From the NCBI RefSeq assembly GCF_009914755.1, contig NC_060935.1: DNA of 64,000 nucleotides; one strand, given 5' to 3'. The position numbers and the translations under genes were made by a program. Position 1 is the first letter of the stretch. The number at the start of each line of letters is the position of its first letter. This document shows, one piece after another, positions 12,701 to 26,534 of this stretch. A model generated the notes under the pieces. That model had not been told where the DNA came from. It saw only the letters and a list, made by a program, of their open reading frames with translations, and made no database searches. The stretch is from the human T2T-CHM13v2.0 reference genome, Homo sapiens.

Positions 12701-15700
12701 CTATGATGATCTGCCTATATCTTGTTTCATTTATGCTTGTACTTGTGAAAACACCAAGGGCACATATTTCTATAAACACTTTTATAAAACACTTGGGTAT
12801 ATTACCAGTAGAATATAGGATAAGCCTCTCTGATTTTTCTGATTTCACTGATTTCTCTGACAGGGCAAAGGCCATATGGCCATGTTTGCATCTTTGTTCA
12901 GATAAGTGATTAGATATCTCTGTACAAAATAGAGCTTTAGAATGGAAAAAGTTTTCAAATAATATGCTGACAACTTAGTTAAAAGAAAAACAAGTGAAAC
13001 AAATATCACTAGATGTTATTTGTTCCAAAAGTCAAAAGGCTAACCACAGCCATGCCAAACATCTGCAAATATTTTCAGCTTTTTAATCCCTAATCTTTCT
13101 CTGATTTGAGGTATGAGTGGAGAGTACTACTGGTACTCTCGTGATTCTTACAGTCACTTGATCAAAGCTTGTTTCTTGCCTGGCTTCCAACCTTTGACCC
13201 ATTTGGCCTGTCTCCTGTCTAGGAGGGGCTTTGGGCTTTGGTAGGATAATGTTTTACATCTCATGATCCTGTGTAATTTGTAAACTGCTTTTACATAAGT
13301 TATTTCATTCGATTCTTGCAAAAACACTGGGAAGCATGGATCTGTATTTCCTTTTCATTGATAAGGGAACCAAAGCCCTGAGAAGTCACATGACTCAGGT
13401 ACATCCCTTGAACTCAAGATTTTCAGTTATAAGACCATATATTCTTTCCATTACCTCTCCACTGATAGAGCTCTGAGCTAGAATTCTTGGAAGTGAGAGC
13501 AAGGAATGCATGAGAATAAAAAAGACATAGGAGTGAGAAAGAGTGGGCAGATTATTATTGAGGCAGGTCACAAAACTTCGTTAGGCCTGGGTTTCCTCAT
13601 TGAAGTGACAACTGGACAAGGTAGCTGTCTAGGACTCTCCTTAGCTTTAAGCTTCTCTAGTCTTAAGGAAACAGCAAAGAAAAAAAAAAGAAAAAGACAA
13701 ATCAAAACAATGAGACAGCTGCAACAACAACAAAGAACAGCTATGCTATCCCAGGTCTCTAGCCATCACAACTATAGCATGACTCTTTCCTTTGAATTTT
13801 CACTAGCAGCTGGAATGCCTCCATTTTGAACACTCCACTGCTCAGGTAGCTGCTGATTTCCTGGCTACTAATACCACTGTTTCACACATAATGGCGAACA
13901 GACTGAAGAGATCAAATTAAATCCATTTCCACTTTAGGATGGGAAATCTGTTTGGAACAATCAAGCAGGTTTGGGGCAGCAAGCATGGGTTTTCAATTGC
14001 CATCAAATGGGAAATTGCTTCATGTCAATTGGCATTAAGTGGACCGATTTGTACCCAATTAATATACCGTGGTTGGAAAGAAAGAAAACAATTTCATTTA
14101 GCTAGATTGCTCTTCTCTGGGTTCTTCCTGCGTGGATCTCCAAGCAGTCTGCAGACATTCCCTCTTATTCAACCAATCCCCTCCCCCATTGTGAGCCACA
14201 TCCTCCCTTGTTGAGAATGACAAGTTGGGAGCAGCTCACTTTAGCTTTTTTCATGCCTCAGAATCCCATTTAGTGAATGGCTACTGCAGGGTCCCAAATG
14301 AAACACATTAGTGGCGTACAAGAGTTAATACAGCTTTCAGTAGCATTTTATCCCCAACTAGAGCTCAGCTCTGGCCTTGGATAAAGCTAGCTTACTCCTA
14401 GCCATTAGACTGAAATATTGGGCCAAGACACTCCCAGAATTTTCCTGGAAGATGCCTGCTGGAGAATCCAAGGGATCAAAATAGTGCTGGGATGACAAGT
14501 CAGATGTGTGAAGACCTCAGTGACTCTGTAAAATCTGGAAGCCCCCCTGACAATGACAAACAACCACTGAGGAAACACAGGTCACCCAATCACTGCCAGC
14601 TGAAGCGCTGGCACAGAAACCCAGCTAAATCCATGCTCCAGAGACTCCCCAAATGAAAGAACACTGTGTGAGCCCATGCTGGCCAATGGGAGCTGGATGA
14701 GGAAAGATAGTAGCCTCGTTTTCACATCCATAGATTTTATGCTCCCTTTGGTTGGTAATTTACATTTATATAGACTCTTTCAAACTCTGGGTTCTAAAAT
14801 GGCTTTGCTGGTTTATATGTATAGGGCACTGCTTTGTATAAGCAGTTGGCTCTGTATACATAAACAAAACCTGACCATCTGTATTTAAATGAAAGCATGT
14901 GGCTCAGATTTTACTTGGTCATTTTAAGCCATACCATACTTGAATGAATCTCCCTAAGTTTTTTAAGGGCACATAAATGAGGTATATAGTGCTACCTGGT
15001 GAACCCTTTAATCTGACTACATTTTGATGCAAGGTGGCTCTGGAGCTGCGTATCCTCCATGATTTATGTATGAACGTGGATAGATGGAATGTGAGTGATA
15101 GGAATATAGGCGATGACTCTTTCTCTCCTTCAACCTAAATCTAAAATGTATCTTCCACATCTTTCCATGCACGTGTCCCAGTAAATACCTGAGGAGAAAA
15201 AGAATGAACATGAAGATCATTTTGTAAATTGTCAAGCTCCATAAACGTGCTAATGTCTATTGTTATTACTGTAAAGAGAGGCAGCTTCTCGTCGTAGAAA
15301 GAATTCTGCATCTAGAGTCCAAAGGCCTGGGTTTGAGCCAAGACACTGCAAGTTAGGAGCAGTGAGGTCCTAGTCATGTCGCTAAACTGCAGTTTCCCAA
15401 TCTAAAATGGAGCTATACCAATTCTGTTTGCTTCAGGCAGCCACTAAAGAGGGATGGGGCATCTGTCTGGGGCATCTGTCATTGGTGACTGCCAGGGTCA
15501 ATTTGGCTGCTCTGGTTGGCTAAGCTGAGGTGCCTGTCTCTCTCTCAGTTGGAGAGAATGGCCTTTCCAAATAGAGAAGGACTATTTATGAGAATAGGTG
15601 GAGGACCTTTGAATAGGATCATTGTGAAGATAGAACATGACAGAATGTACAAAAGAGCCTTGTACCTCAAGAAGGATGTATACAGGTATACAGGGACCCA

Positions 15701-15904
15701 CGAAGGAACTTGCTAGGCTTTGTTCTGTAGAGTACAGTTCTCAGGACTGCCTGGAATTGCTGCTGGTTGGGTCTAGCTGCTGAACCTAAGATGTTGTCTT
15801 TCTACAACTTGGAGGATTCCTGGAAATGTGGACTGCTGCTTATCACAGCCTACTTTCTGTCTTTGTGTTACTTATTTGTACCTGTGCTGTGCTATGCCTT
15901 AGAC

Positions 15905-16130
15905 CAGACTTTCTCAATCTTGGCACTACTGCCATTTTAGATGGGATAACTGTTTGTGGTTGGAGGCAGTCTTGTGCACTGTAAGATGTTTATCAGCAGC
16001 CCTGGCCTCTACCCACTAGATAGCAGTAGCACTCTCCCTTAGCAGTCACAATTAAAAATGTCCACAGACATTGCTAAATGTCCCCCAGGGGGGTAAAATC
16101 ACCCCCTTACCCTTGGTTGAGAACGGACTA
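15905..16130 (+). mobile_element. MER20 (hAT-Charlie MITE)
   Basis: CTTTCTCAATCTTGGCACTA...CCTGGCCTCTACCCACTAGATAGCAGTAGCAC...GTTGAGAAC; 8-bp TSD CCTTAGAC/ACTTAGAC. Confidence 0.9.
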
Positions 16131-16989
16131 ACTTAGACTATGAGCTCCATGAAAACAAGTCGTATTTTCTTTTAAGTTGTATCCTTGCACCAACTTAGCA
16201 GAGTATGCAGCGCTAGTAGGCACTCGATAACAAGTGGCTGGAGGAAATTGAACTAAAAAGCCAAGTTTCACTTTGGTATGAGTCACCCCCTGCCAGCTTT
16301 TGAGCTTAAGTTAAAGAGGCCAAATTGAAAAGCCAACGAAGCAGGTTGTACCTGTTAAGTAGGCCCCAGGCTCAAAGGGGAAACATTTATCAGCAAAGAA
16401 TATATGTTCTCAGCATCACTTGACGCAGATTTAAAAGAGGCAATCAAAGAGCTCCTAGATTGCTGCAGGATGCCCAAGCACTCTGGAATTGAGGGAGCTG
16501 GGGGTGCCTTTGCTCCTGTCTGTCCCTGGTCACGGCCCTCCCTTTTTCTCCCTTCTCCTTAGACAGAAGTTTGCACACAATATGGTTTTTCAATTGGTTT
16601 TCAGTTCTTGACCTTTTCCCATCTCAGGTTTCTTGCAGGTTTCCTGACAGACCTACAAGGGTTGTCATTCTGCTGGTGGCAAGAGACTCCAAATGTGTCT
16701 TCAGACTCAAGCAGGAGAGAAGGAAAGTGTCAGATGGTATTTAGTCAATTTGGTGGATAAGGGACGATTAACTTGAGGCCTTAGAGGGCAGCTGGATCTT
16801 CCATGCTTCTAGTATGTGAAAGGAGTAGTTTTCAAAGTTTCCAGAACATAGGCACATCCTCTGAATGTGTCTGGCCAGCCTTGATTCATCCTCTCACCCT
16901 GTAAGTAAAAATGATGCTCTCAGAAGGCAGTGAGTTTCCTCCAGGTGGTTCTTTAGCTAGAGCAGAGAAGTGTTTGCTTTTTCAAACGA

Positions 16990-18440
16990 TCATGGCTTTC
17001 TCAGCTCTCCTTCACAGCAAAATGCCTTGAAAGAGTGATTGATATTAGTTGCTCCAATTCCTTCTGTCTCACTTTCTCTTGAACCCATCATGGTCAGAAT
17101 TTCACCCCCCTTACTTGACAGAAAATTGCTCTTGTCAAGGTGACCATGACCTGCCAGCTGCTAAATGCATGGTCAATTTGCATTCCCCTCTCACCTGATC
17201 TATCAGCAGCATTTAACCCAAGTGATCATCTGTCTTCTTTGAAACACTTTCTGTACTTGGCTCTTAGGATACTATAGCCCCTGGTTCTCCCTCTCCCTCC
17301 CAAGACCATTCCTTTTCTGTGATCTTTGCTGGTCCTACCTTATTTCCTCCCATTACTCCAGGGCTCCATTCTCTAAGTCTCTCCTCATCTTTCCTCTTTT
17401 CTATGCATTTGTCTCATGGCTTTAAATATTTACTATTTGTTGGCAACTCATATATTTATTTACCCCGCCTGAACGTCTTTCCTGAACTCCAATATCCTAT
17501 GTCTAATTGCCTTCTTAACATCGCTACTTGGGTGATGAATAGGATCCCAAACTTGACATAGCCAAAACTGAACTCCTGAGCTCCTTCATCCCAAACCTAC
17601 TTCCACCTTCTACTCAATCTCAGTAAACGGTGACTCTTTTCTTCCAGGTGCCCAGGCTAAGAACCTTAGAGATCTTTCTCTCACAATCCATATCTAATAA
17701 TTCAGCAAAGCTGGTAGCTCTACCTTCAAATTTATACCCAGGGCCCAATCACTTCTTACCACCCTCACCACTCACCACCTTAGTTCATGTCACCGGCATC
17801 CTGGATTATTGTGGTAGTTTCCCAGTTGGCTTCAGTGCCTCTATCTTCGTCCATTGCTCTGGCTGTCTCCTCATCTGTTTTCAATATAGCAGCTAGAGTG
17901 ATACTTTTAAAACATAGGCCAGATCTTGTCACACTTCAAGTGTGATACTTTATGCTCCAAAGATACCCATCCCACTCAGAGTAAAATCCTAAGGTCTTCA
18001 CATATTCGACAGTTCCTAAATCTGGGCCACTGCGATTGCTCTGACCTTATCTCCTGCCAACCATCCCAACCCCCATCCCTGATCATTCCCCTCTTGCTAC
18101 ATTGTTGTCCTTTCTTCAGACACACCAAGCATTCTCCTATCACAGAGCCTTTGCATATGCTTTTCCTTTTGCCTGGAAAGCTTTTTCCTCATATATATTT
18201 TCATGGGTCACTTACCTTTTTTCAAGTCAAGTAGTTATTTGCAAGCAAAAGCATTCCCTGACCATCCTATCTAAAATGCTTATGTAACCATCACTACCCT
18301 GATCTCTTTATATCGCTTGACAATATAATCTCCATGAGTTTAAGAATCTTGTCCTTTTCCACTGGGGTACCCCTAAAACTTTAACAGGCCCTCAGCCCAT
18401 AGTTGGTGCTCAATAATATTTGTTGAATAAATGGATGAAT
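16990..18440 (+). mobile_element. L2 (L2a-like) long 3' fragment
   Basis: GCTCTTGTCAAGGTGACCATGACC, CCAAAACTGAACTCCTGA, terminal GGTGCTCAATAATATTTGTTGAATAAATGGATGAAT. Confidence 0.85.
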
Positions 18441-21400
18441 CTATTCCTCCAGATGCAAAGATTCAACATGACAAAGCAGCTACTGTCAACAAACTCCTTA
18501 AAGATTACAGGATAGTGATACTTCTTTATTAAAGTAAACCATCCAAGCTTCAAAATGAGATTGCACATGCTGTTATTTCTGTTTCCGATGTAAAATATGA
18601 TTTTTTTTTTTCTGTTGAAGATGAGGGATTTAAGTTTGGTGAACATTTCCAACCTAGGATTCTGCTAACGTGCTAATGTGCCAAGATGTCTTTTTATTAT
18701 GATCAGCTAGATTCGACAAATATCGATGACTTCCCACTATATGCTGGGCTCTGCTTAGAAACGGAAATGCAGATTGCTTAGATCTGATTCTGCCCTCAGG
18801 ATGCTTGAAGGCATTTAGGGATAAGAAGTACAGACCTGATCTATGCTTTCAAAATTTACAAATGTTGATAAATGGAAAAATGTGTCTATTCCTATCAAGA
18901 GAGTTTAGCCCAATGAGAACATTAATATCCTCAGGCAGATTATGTGTCAAACGTCCTCTAAAGGAAAGTGCCAGGGCAAGATAGGTTCATGTGTTTCCAA
19001 AGAGTGCAACATTAATAAACACCCTAAGAGAGGTGAAAACAAAGTGCTGTGTAAGCTCTGAAATGGGAAAAATCATGTCTTGGGGTGGGAGGTATGATGG
19101 ATGGCTTTGTGAAAGAGACTATAGCTGACCTTGGCAGGTAGAGAAATAGGCAGTGACAGCAAGGAGGGCTTTCACGCAGAGAGAAGACCCTCATGAGCAC
19201 AGGTGCATATGGGGAGACTCCAAGTCTTTTTTTTTTTTTTTTTTTTTTTTTAGAAATGGTTGCAGCCAAGAGTGGGCAGAGCATGGGGCAGGAACAAGGC
19301 AGATGTTGGAAATAGGAATCGGGGGTAAAGCCAGCTTGTGTTTGGTAGTATTATTTGTTTTTTACTGTGGTTGTTTTCCAAAAATAACAGGATTGATAAA
19401 CAGGGGCCCTGTTGTTTTGCAACACGTACCAAAAATGATATTGCCAATCTCATAATTCTTACTTGCTATGCAATGCCCATACAAAGGATTTTGGAATCCT
19501 CAAAGAGGATTAATTTATTTATAGCAACTTTTTGGTGTATTTCCATGTTTCTTTCAATCTTTGAAAATTGGTCATCCATGCAGCATCTACAAAGACTGTT
19601 TAGTAGCCACCTACCAGAACAAACTATAGTGCTCCTCTGATGGATAACAGAGTTTACTGTAAGTGCCTTTTCCTGATCATGATGGAATTTCCCCCGTTCT
19701 TTGCCTTTTCCCATAAAGCCCACATCTGCTGACCTCCAGGGTTTGATAAGCTCTCTGTCTCTCTCATTAGCTCAAGCAGCTCAAGCTCTGTCTGAGCAGG
19801 ATTCCAGTAAAAATGGTTACAGACTGAATAACGGTCTGTCTTTCCAACTAGCATGGGACTCAAATACTTAAAGGAACACAACATTTTGGTAGTCAGACAC
19901 AGTACATATACAGAGAACTATCATAAAACACTATAGCTCCAAACACAGACCATTATGACAAAATCAGGGACCTGCTCTCCTGAAAAAAAGATAACAGCTA
20001 ACGTTTACCTGTATCTACAGTCCATTTTAATGTAATTTTATTATGACATGGATCACAAAACAAAAGTCGTTGAAGTCACAGACTCAAAGCATTTCAGAGC
20101 TGAGAGGCATTAGGGGTTATTTGTTTCAATTGTCCTGGTTTATAAATGAGGAAACTGAGGTCAGAAGAGATTACAGCTCAACAAAGGTCAGTTAAAGGCA
20201 GAACTTGAACACACCTGGGACTGCAATTCTTTCCACATGGGAAGGTAATCATCTTTCAGTGGCCTGCTGTGGGAAAATTTCTTTATTGGCTAGGCTTTGG
20301 CTCTCATGTTCTTTAAAGCTCTCTGGACCTCTCGTCCTTACTTTTGTAATACATCTTCACTGTCTTAGGAGGCCTGTGCATGAGATAGATGCTTTAACAC
20401 CAGCTCAGGCTCCCAGGCTGCAGGGGAGCTCTGTGGGTGCAGGGAGCTTTTCTGTCTGTATTTTGGACTTTTGCATCATGCCTAGTGCCTTGTGGGAGCT
20501 CAACAACTCTTAGTTCTGTTCCTTTCTATTGCAGAATGTACTTGTTCAGTTGAATTGTGGTTGAGATAGAGGGTGGATATTTGATGGAGGGAGGTTGCAA
20601 GTGATCATGTCATCTACCAAGTATGAGAGAGTTGGAGAAAAAAGAAAAATCAGGAGGGGATGGGAGGCTAAAATGAAAAGACAAAGGGTGGGGGAAAAGT
20701 CGGAAAAAGACGACAATTGAAAGCACAAATCTAATTCCTGTTCAAATGCAAACAGGAGTCCAGAATGTGTCACATGTGTTCAGCCTGTGCAAGTGATTAT
20801 GTAAATTAATTAAAAAGAAGGAGGGGAGGGGAACAGGGGTCCAAAAGGAAGTGCTCCCAAAGATTCCTGAGAATCCCATCCTTCCCCATCAGTGTTTGGA
20901 GAAGGATATGGATTCCATTTGTGCTGGCACTGTAAAAAAGAGGACGCCTTAGCCCTTAGTAGTCACAGGGAGGCAGCTCTCGCTGCAAAACCAGATGGGG
21001 TCTCATCACCCACACTATGCAGGTGGGGTCAACTTCCATGATATTAGCCCAGCAAACATCCAGGGGACTCAGCTCACTGCTGTTCTTTCATTTTCCTGTG
21101 GAAACCTTTCAAAAGTACTAATTCCGTGGTCAACCAAGCCAGAGCCTCAGGGAAGCCCAGATGCCCCACCTGCCTCTTGAGGGGCCCAGGCTGCTCGAAG
21201 AGGCAGCAGTACCACTTCCCTTCCTCAGCTGCTGCACTGGAGGGAGTCGGAGAGCAGATCATCTTGGATACAAGCTGGTGGGGCTGCGGTGGCAGTCTCT
21301 GTTCAGGCTTTGTCGCTGCTTCCCAAGCAAGCCCCGTGGAACCTGGACAAGTTGGGGCTGGGGCCCAGACTCCAGGGATGCTTGAGGGTTGCACCCGTCA

Positions 21401-22559
21401 GAATCCCTGGCGCCAGGCCAGGCCAGGGCGGCCTGCTCCGTGAAGGAAATATTGAACATTCTGAGTCTTAAAGAGCAAACCTGGAACGGTTCCAAGATTA
21501 CACTTAATACATCTGCTGGGAGCCACAGAGAAGGGAGACCGGGGGAATCTGCAGAAATAACCCTTGCAGGGCCAGGAGAGCACACAGCATCAGCATGGCA
21601 CAGGTTGTAAAAGTAACATCGTCCCTTACCTCTGGTAGCACTTATAGTTTCTGAAGCTCATTCATACACATGATCTTTTTGTTCTTCTTTATGATTCTGA
21701 GAGGTAGGCAGGGAATATTGTTTTACGTAAGTTGCAGATTATGCATCTCTGTGCCTCATACAACACTTAACCTTGCAGGCTGTACAGTGAATAGTGAGTA
21801 AGTATGTGAGTGGATAAATGGACAAACTTCCACTTTACAGGGGAAGAAACTGACACAGAATTGTTGAATTCATTGAAAAGCACTCAACACCCTTGTGGGC
21901 ACTCATGACATGCTAGGCACCATGCTAGGAAGACATGGTCCCCTCACTTTAGGTACTCATAGTCTAGGGATTGAGAGGGTCAGAAACAAGTAACTAATAA
22001 GTAATTATGCAACTGGACACATGATCCATTTGAGGTGATTACGAGGGCTGTAGAAGACAGAAAGAGACAGACCGACTGCGGCAAGAGGATGTGAAAGTGA
22101 CTTGTTCAATGGACTACAAAGTAGCATGAAAACTACTCTCCAGGTGTTCAGGCTCATGCTTTCTTTGTTTTACCTTTAGCTTGGCCAGGACAAGTCTCCT
22201 GTTTCTCTAGCCCCCACCCTCAGACTACCCTTGAATTGTTGCTAGTTCATTCCTGAAGTTCTCCCTTTATCAGGAATTTATCTTTCAGCTTAGGGCTATA
22301 TTAGCTTGTCTAAATTAAAATGTTCCATAGGAAGGATATTTATGTGAATCAGGGATAAGGAGATAAGCTTTCCTGGGGGTGGAGAGGGAATACACAAATG
22401 AGAGGCTTGAAGACTCTGGGCTCCCTAGGGGTTGGTGTGGGTGACTAGAGAGAGAGGAAATAAGAAGAAATAGAACAGGTGACTGGGGACTGTTAAAGGA
22501 AGCATCACCTTCACAATTTTGCTTTTTTTCCTCTAGAACATCCCTACATCAAATAAATA

Positions 22560-22681
22560 TACCATGCATATGTACATACATACATGTGTGTACATATATA
22601 CATGTATGTACATATATACATATGTATACATATAAACATACATACATGCATGCACTCTCATACACACACACACACACACAC
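22560..22681. repeat. (TA/CA)n microsatellite
   Basis: Alternating purine-pyrimidine tract ending in a (CA)n run. Confidence 0.9.
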
Positions 22682-23998
22682 CAACATAGTCTTTAAATCT
22701 GTCACAAAAATGGGATATAAAGTTTTTACCAGCGCTTCTTACATGGAATAATTCTGTAGTGATATTTGCCTGATATTTGTGAGCATGAGGTTTCATATAG
22801 CTTAATAGCTGTAAGTTTCAAATTTTATTAAACTTCTGCCTTGTTCATAGTCTGATTTCTTTAAGGCCTTATCTAGTTGCCTTGAGCCGCAGGGGTTATT
22901 ACCTTGGACATGTGCAAAGATATAAATTTCACCACATTAATTGAGGAGAAGTAATAAACTAATGTATAAAAATAGCAAAGAATTTTGATAATTTGTGTTC
23001 TCATGGAAGAAGAATAGCTCATAAAAATAATTATTACATGGTACATGTTTGCATTATTTACAAGGCACATGCATGCACTCCTATATACAAATGCTGTTGA
23101 GCATTTGGCTATAATCACCAGAAAGCTGGGTATTTCCAAATATCTACATGTGTGCTGACATCTAGTCCAAACTTCTGGGTTTTTGATTGACAAATGTGAC
23201 TTTCAGCAGACCACTGAGGTTCAGGAGCCCACAATCTAGGTGTGACAGTCACCTCTTCTGGGAAGATTTCTGTGATTCTTCTGTCTGATTCATGGGCCCC
23301 TCTTTCAGGTCTCCTGAGTGCCGTACATGGGAATTGACTTGTCCGTCTCCTCCCCTGGGATGGGAGCATCTTCAGGGAAGTCATGGGCTCTTTTTTTTGC
23401 CTCTAGATATTTCCTGAATGAATGAATGAATGAATGAAGTGCCTAACATGCCTTCCTACACCCATGACCCTAGTGTGGTGCCTTGCACAGAGGAAAAAAC
23501 ACAATAAATATTGAATGAACATCTATGTTTGTGAGTAAAGAGATTCAGATCAGCTGTGTCGCATTACATAGTCATTTTATTCAAATGTCTCAAAGCCTAA
23601 AATGTCATTTTTAAACTGCTTCTTCCAGCCCTAGGGAGAAAGTAGATACAAATCATGAAGACCGCTTGAGGCACCCAGAGAAGGGATATGCATTCCTCGG
23701 GTTCACTTGAGGAGTGAGGCGTTTGGACATCCCTCCCACCCCCACTTCTGTCCCCTCCTGCAAGTGTGTCCCCCTCTGCCTTTCTCTTCACATTATAAGT
23801 CGCCTGAGTATTTATATATTCTGGGGTCTCTCTATGTAAATCCACATTCCATAGATCCCAAAGCTTTTCTTCTGTTTCAGATCAAGAGGCTGAACAAGAT
23901 ATATGTTTTCTTTTCCTTTTGTAACCAGCAAATGGCTTTTTTATCGATCTACCCCTTCTAACATAAGGTTTGTCTTCATGTAGAGTTCGGAAGCCTGT

Positions 23999-24000
<2 letters not shown>

Positions 24001-24042
<42 letters not shown>

Positions 24043-24052
24043 TCTCTCCCTC
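24001..24052. repeat. (TC)n microsatellite
   Basis: About 19 pure TC units followed by degenerate units. Confidence 0.95.
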
Positions 24053-25341
24053 CAGTAACCCCTTCCTTAAGTTCAGAGAGACTGTTTACTCGCCTCCACC
24101 TCTCTCTTCCCACAGTTTTGTCTCATCTTAGCTCTGTTCATAAACCATCAGTTTCTCCAGTGTCTTGTGTTTCCTGCCTGCTGTGGCTGGAATTTTATGG
24201 GACTAATCAGGTTTTGCTTTCTTCACACCCCGTCTCTTCACCATCCATGCGGCCCTCTTGACTCTTATCCCCCTACCCTCACCTTCATGGTGCGTGGGCC
24301 TATTAAATGGTGTCCAGTCCAATTTCTGGCACCCAATAAATCTAAATTTTCAAGCTTGGGAAGCCGGGCTCACCCACTGGCACCCAGATAAATGAGTCCT
24401 CCGTGAGAAACCCACACTGGTCATTACTCAAGACTCTCCTAAAACCTCGACACAGGCTTCCTGCCTGAGAGACTCAAAGTGCCCCTTGACTCCCTTACCT
24501 TCTGGAAAAGAAAATGTTCCCCCACCCCATCACAGGGACTGAAGTCATCTCCAGCTCTCCCCGCTCCAGACCGATGCTCAAAGCGGCTGGAGCCCCCGAC
24601 TCTTGGCCCCCAGCCGGCCCCCACGTCATTGCCCACTGCAACGTCTTTGAAATGAGACTTAATATCCAGCACACGCGCGTGCACTGTTCAGCTCGCAGGG
24701 GCTCCGAGCATGGAGCTGAACAAAGAACCTCCGTGCAGAGGTTTCATTGTTCGCAAAAAGCACTACCAATGAGGGCTTTTCTCCCAGTGGTGAATCTCTC
24801 GCCCTTTTGGCGGAGGGTACTGTTTCAACACCCTAAATCTAGCTCTTCCATCTGATTGACAGCAGCCCTAAAATTGTCCAGGTGTGAGGAAGAGGATTGT
24901 CGGGGTTGAGGGCCTTTGACATCAGGTTAGCTTTCTAGAAAACTGGTGGGTAGGAGGGTCCAAGAGCCAGGACTCCTGGGAGGAAACCGGGGTCAGGGTC
25001 TGTGTTTCATTCAGAGAGGGGAGACCTGGAGAGCATGATATGCTCTTGGGAAGTTGGAGACTATTTGTATTTACTTATTTGTTATTTTGACTTGTGAAAT
25101 TATCCCCTTTCACTCTGTCAGGCTTCTGAGTCTGCACAATAAAAATTAATTACAATGAATTAGAACCTTTATAAACCACCCTTAATAGAACAGCGGCTCA
25201 GAGACAGCCCCTCCTCTGGCTTCTCGGCGGTCTACAGTTTAAAATTCGATCAGGAAATAATACTTCAAGAAGACAAATGTCTCTAAAATAAAGTATCTGT
25301 TTTTGGCTTTTATGGAATAAATCCTGGAAGTAATAGGATGC

Positions 25342-25775
25342 TGTGATGGTTAGCTTTCTGTGTCGATTTAGCTAGGCTATAGTATCCCATCATTTAATCA
25401 AGCACTAATCCACATGTAGCTTCGATGGTATTTTGTAAACGTGGTTAACAGCTACAGCTGGTTGATTTTAAGTAGATTACGTTGGATAGTGCAAATGGGT
25501 CTTATCCAATCAGTTAAAGGTCTTAAGAGCAAAAACTGAGGTTTCCTAGAGAAGAAAAGATTCTGCCTCAAAACTGCAGCATCAATGCCTGCCTGAGTTT
25601 CCTGAACTGGCTGGCCTGTGCTACACATTTCAGACTTGTGTCTGGCCCCTGCAATCCTATGAGGCAATTTCTTGAAATAAATCTCTTTAAATAAATAAAT
25701 GAAAGTTTCTATCTCTATTCTACATTTCTATATCTATGTATTATTGATTCTGTTTCTCTGGAGAAGACTGAATAA
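25342..25775 (+). mobile_element. MLT2 (D-like) ERVL solo LTR
   Basis: TGTGATGGTTAGCTTTCTGTGTCGATTTAGCTAGGCTATAG start; GATTCTGTTTCTCTGGAGAA end. Confidence 0.85.
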
Positions 25776-26534
25776 TGAAGGTATTTCAAAATCTTATGCT
25801 GAATTGAAATTGTTCATTGTGTAAGTACCTTCAGGGCAGGATGACAGTTCCTCTTTCTTTTCTGAGCATGAGGCATTATGCTGCACACAGGGTAGGAATT
25901 TATGAAGCGCTTACTGAAGTCACCGGAAACCCCAAGAAGCCCCATCATGCTTTTTTCAGCTTCTGCTCCTGCACTTTCAGTTCAAGTGGAAACATTTGCT
26001 CCTTCTCATTCACACAAGACTAATCAGCCTGACTTGGGAGTCCAGCTCTTCTCATGACCTTCCCATAACCTTGTGAAGTACTGATGCTCCCAGCCGTCTC
26101 TACCTTTAAAAGCTGTGAGCCGAACCACACCTTCCCCAAAGGCCTCACTGCAGAGAGCCCAGGCGCATCACTTGGTCTTGCCTCCTAGCACTTGTACCTG
26201 AGAGCCTTTAGGTTTACCTCCGTTGTTCTGTTCTGGCCTGGCATTGTGAGATGATGTCCTCCCTTTCTCATTAGCGGGTGGTCCCTCTGGGGGAATTCCA
26301 GGCTCTGATGTTGTGGAACATGTATGGCCTTTGGAATTAGCCAGACCCAGTTTGAGCCCCAGTTTTCATACAAACATTGAGAACCTGATGAAGTCATGTA
26401 CATTTTCTGAGGCTCAGTTTTCTTATTAGTAAAATGGCAGTAAAGTGACTCATAAGGACATGTGAGGAATAAATAAAGCAAATAGAGAGTTATCATTTAT
26501 TATTTTAAAATTAGCAACAAAACATATATTTCTC

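Noticed and set aside
15453-15481. 13-bp direct repeat TGGGGCATCTGTC x2 (also a 9-bp-period CTGATTT repeat at ~12829-12860)
   Set aside because: Ordinary slippage duplications with no spacer structure, so not CRISPR-like
20995-21610. Cluster of overlapping 60-108 aa ORFs
   Set aside because: GC-richer patch with few stops in any frame; no protein similarity or exon structure that I can support
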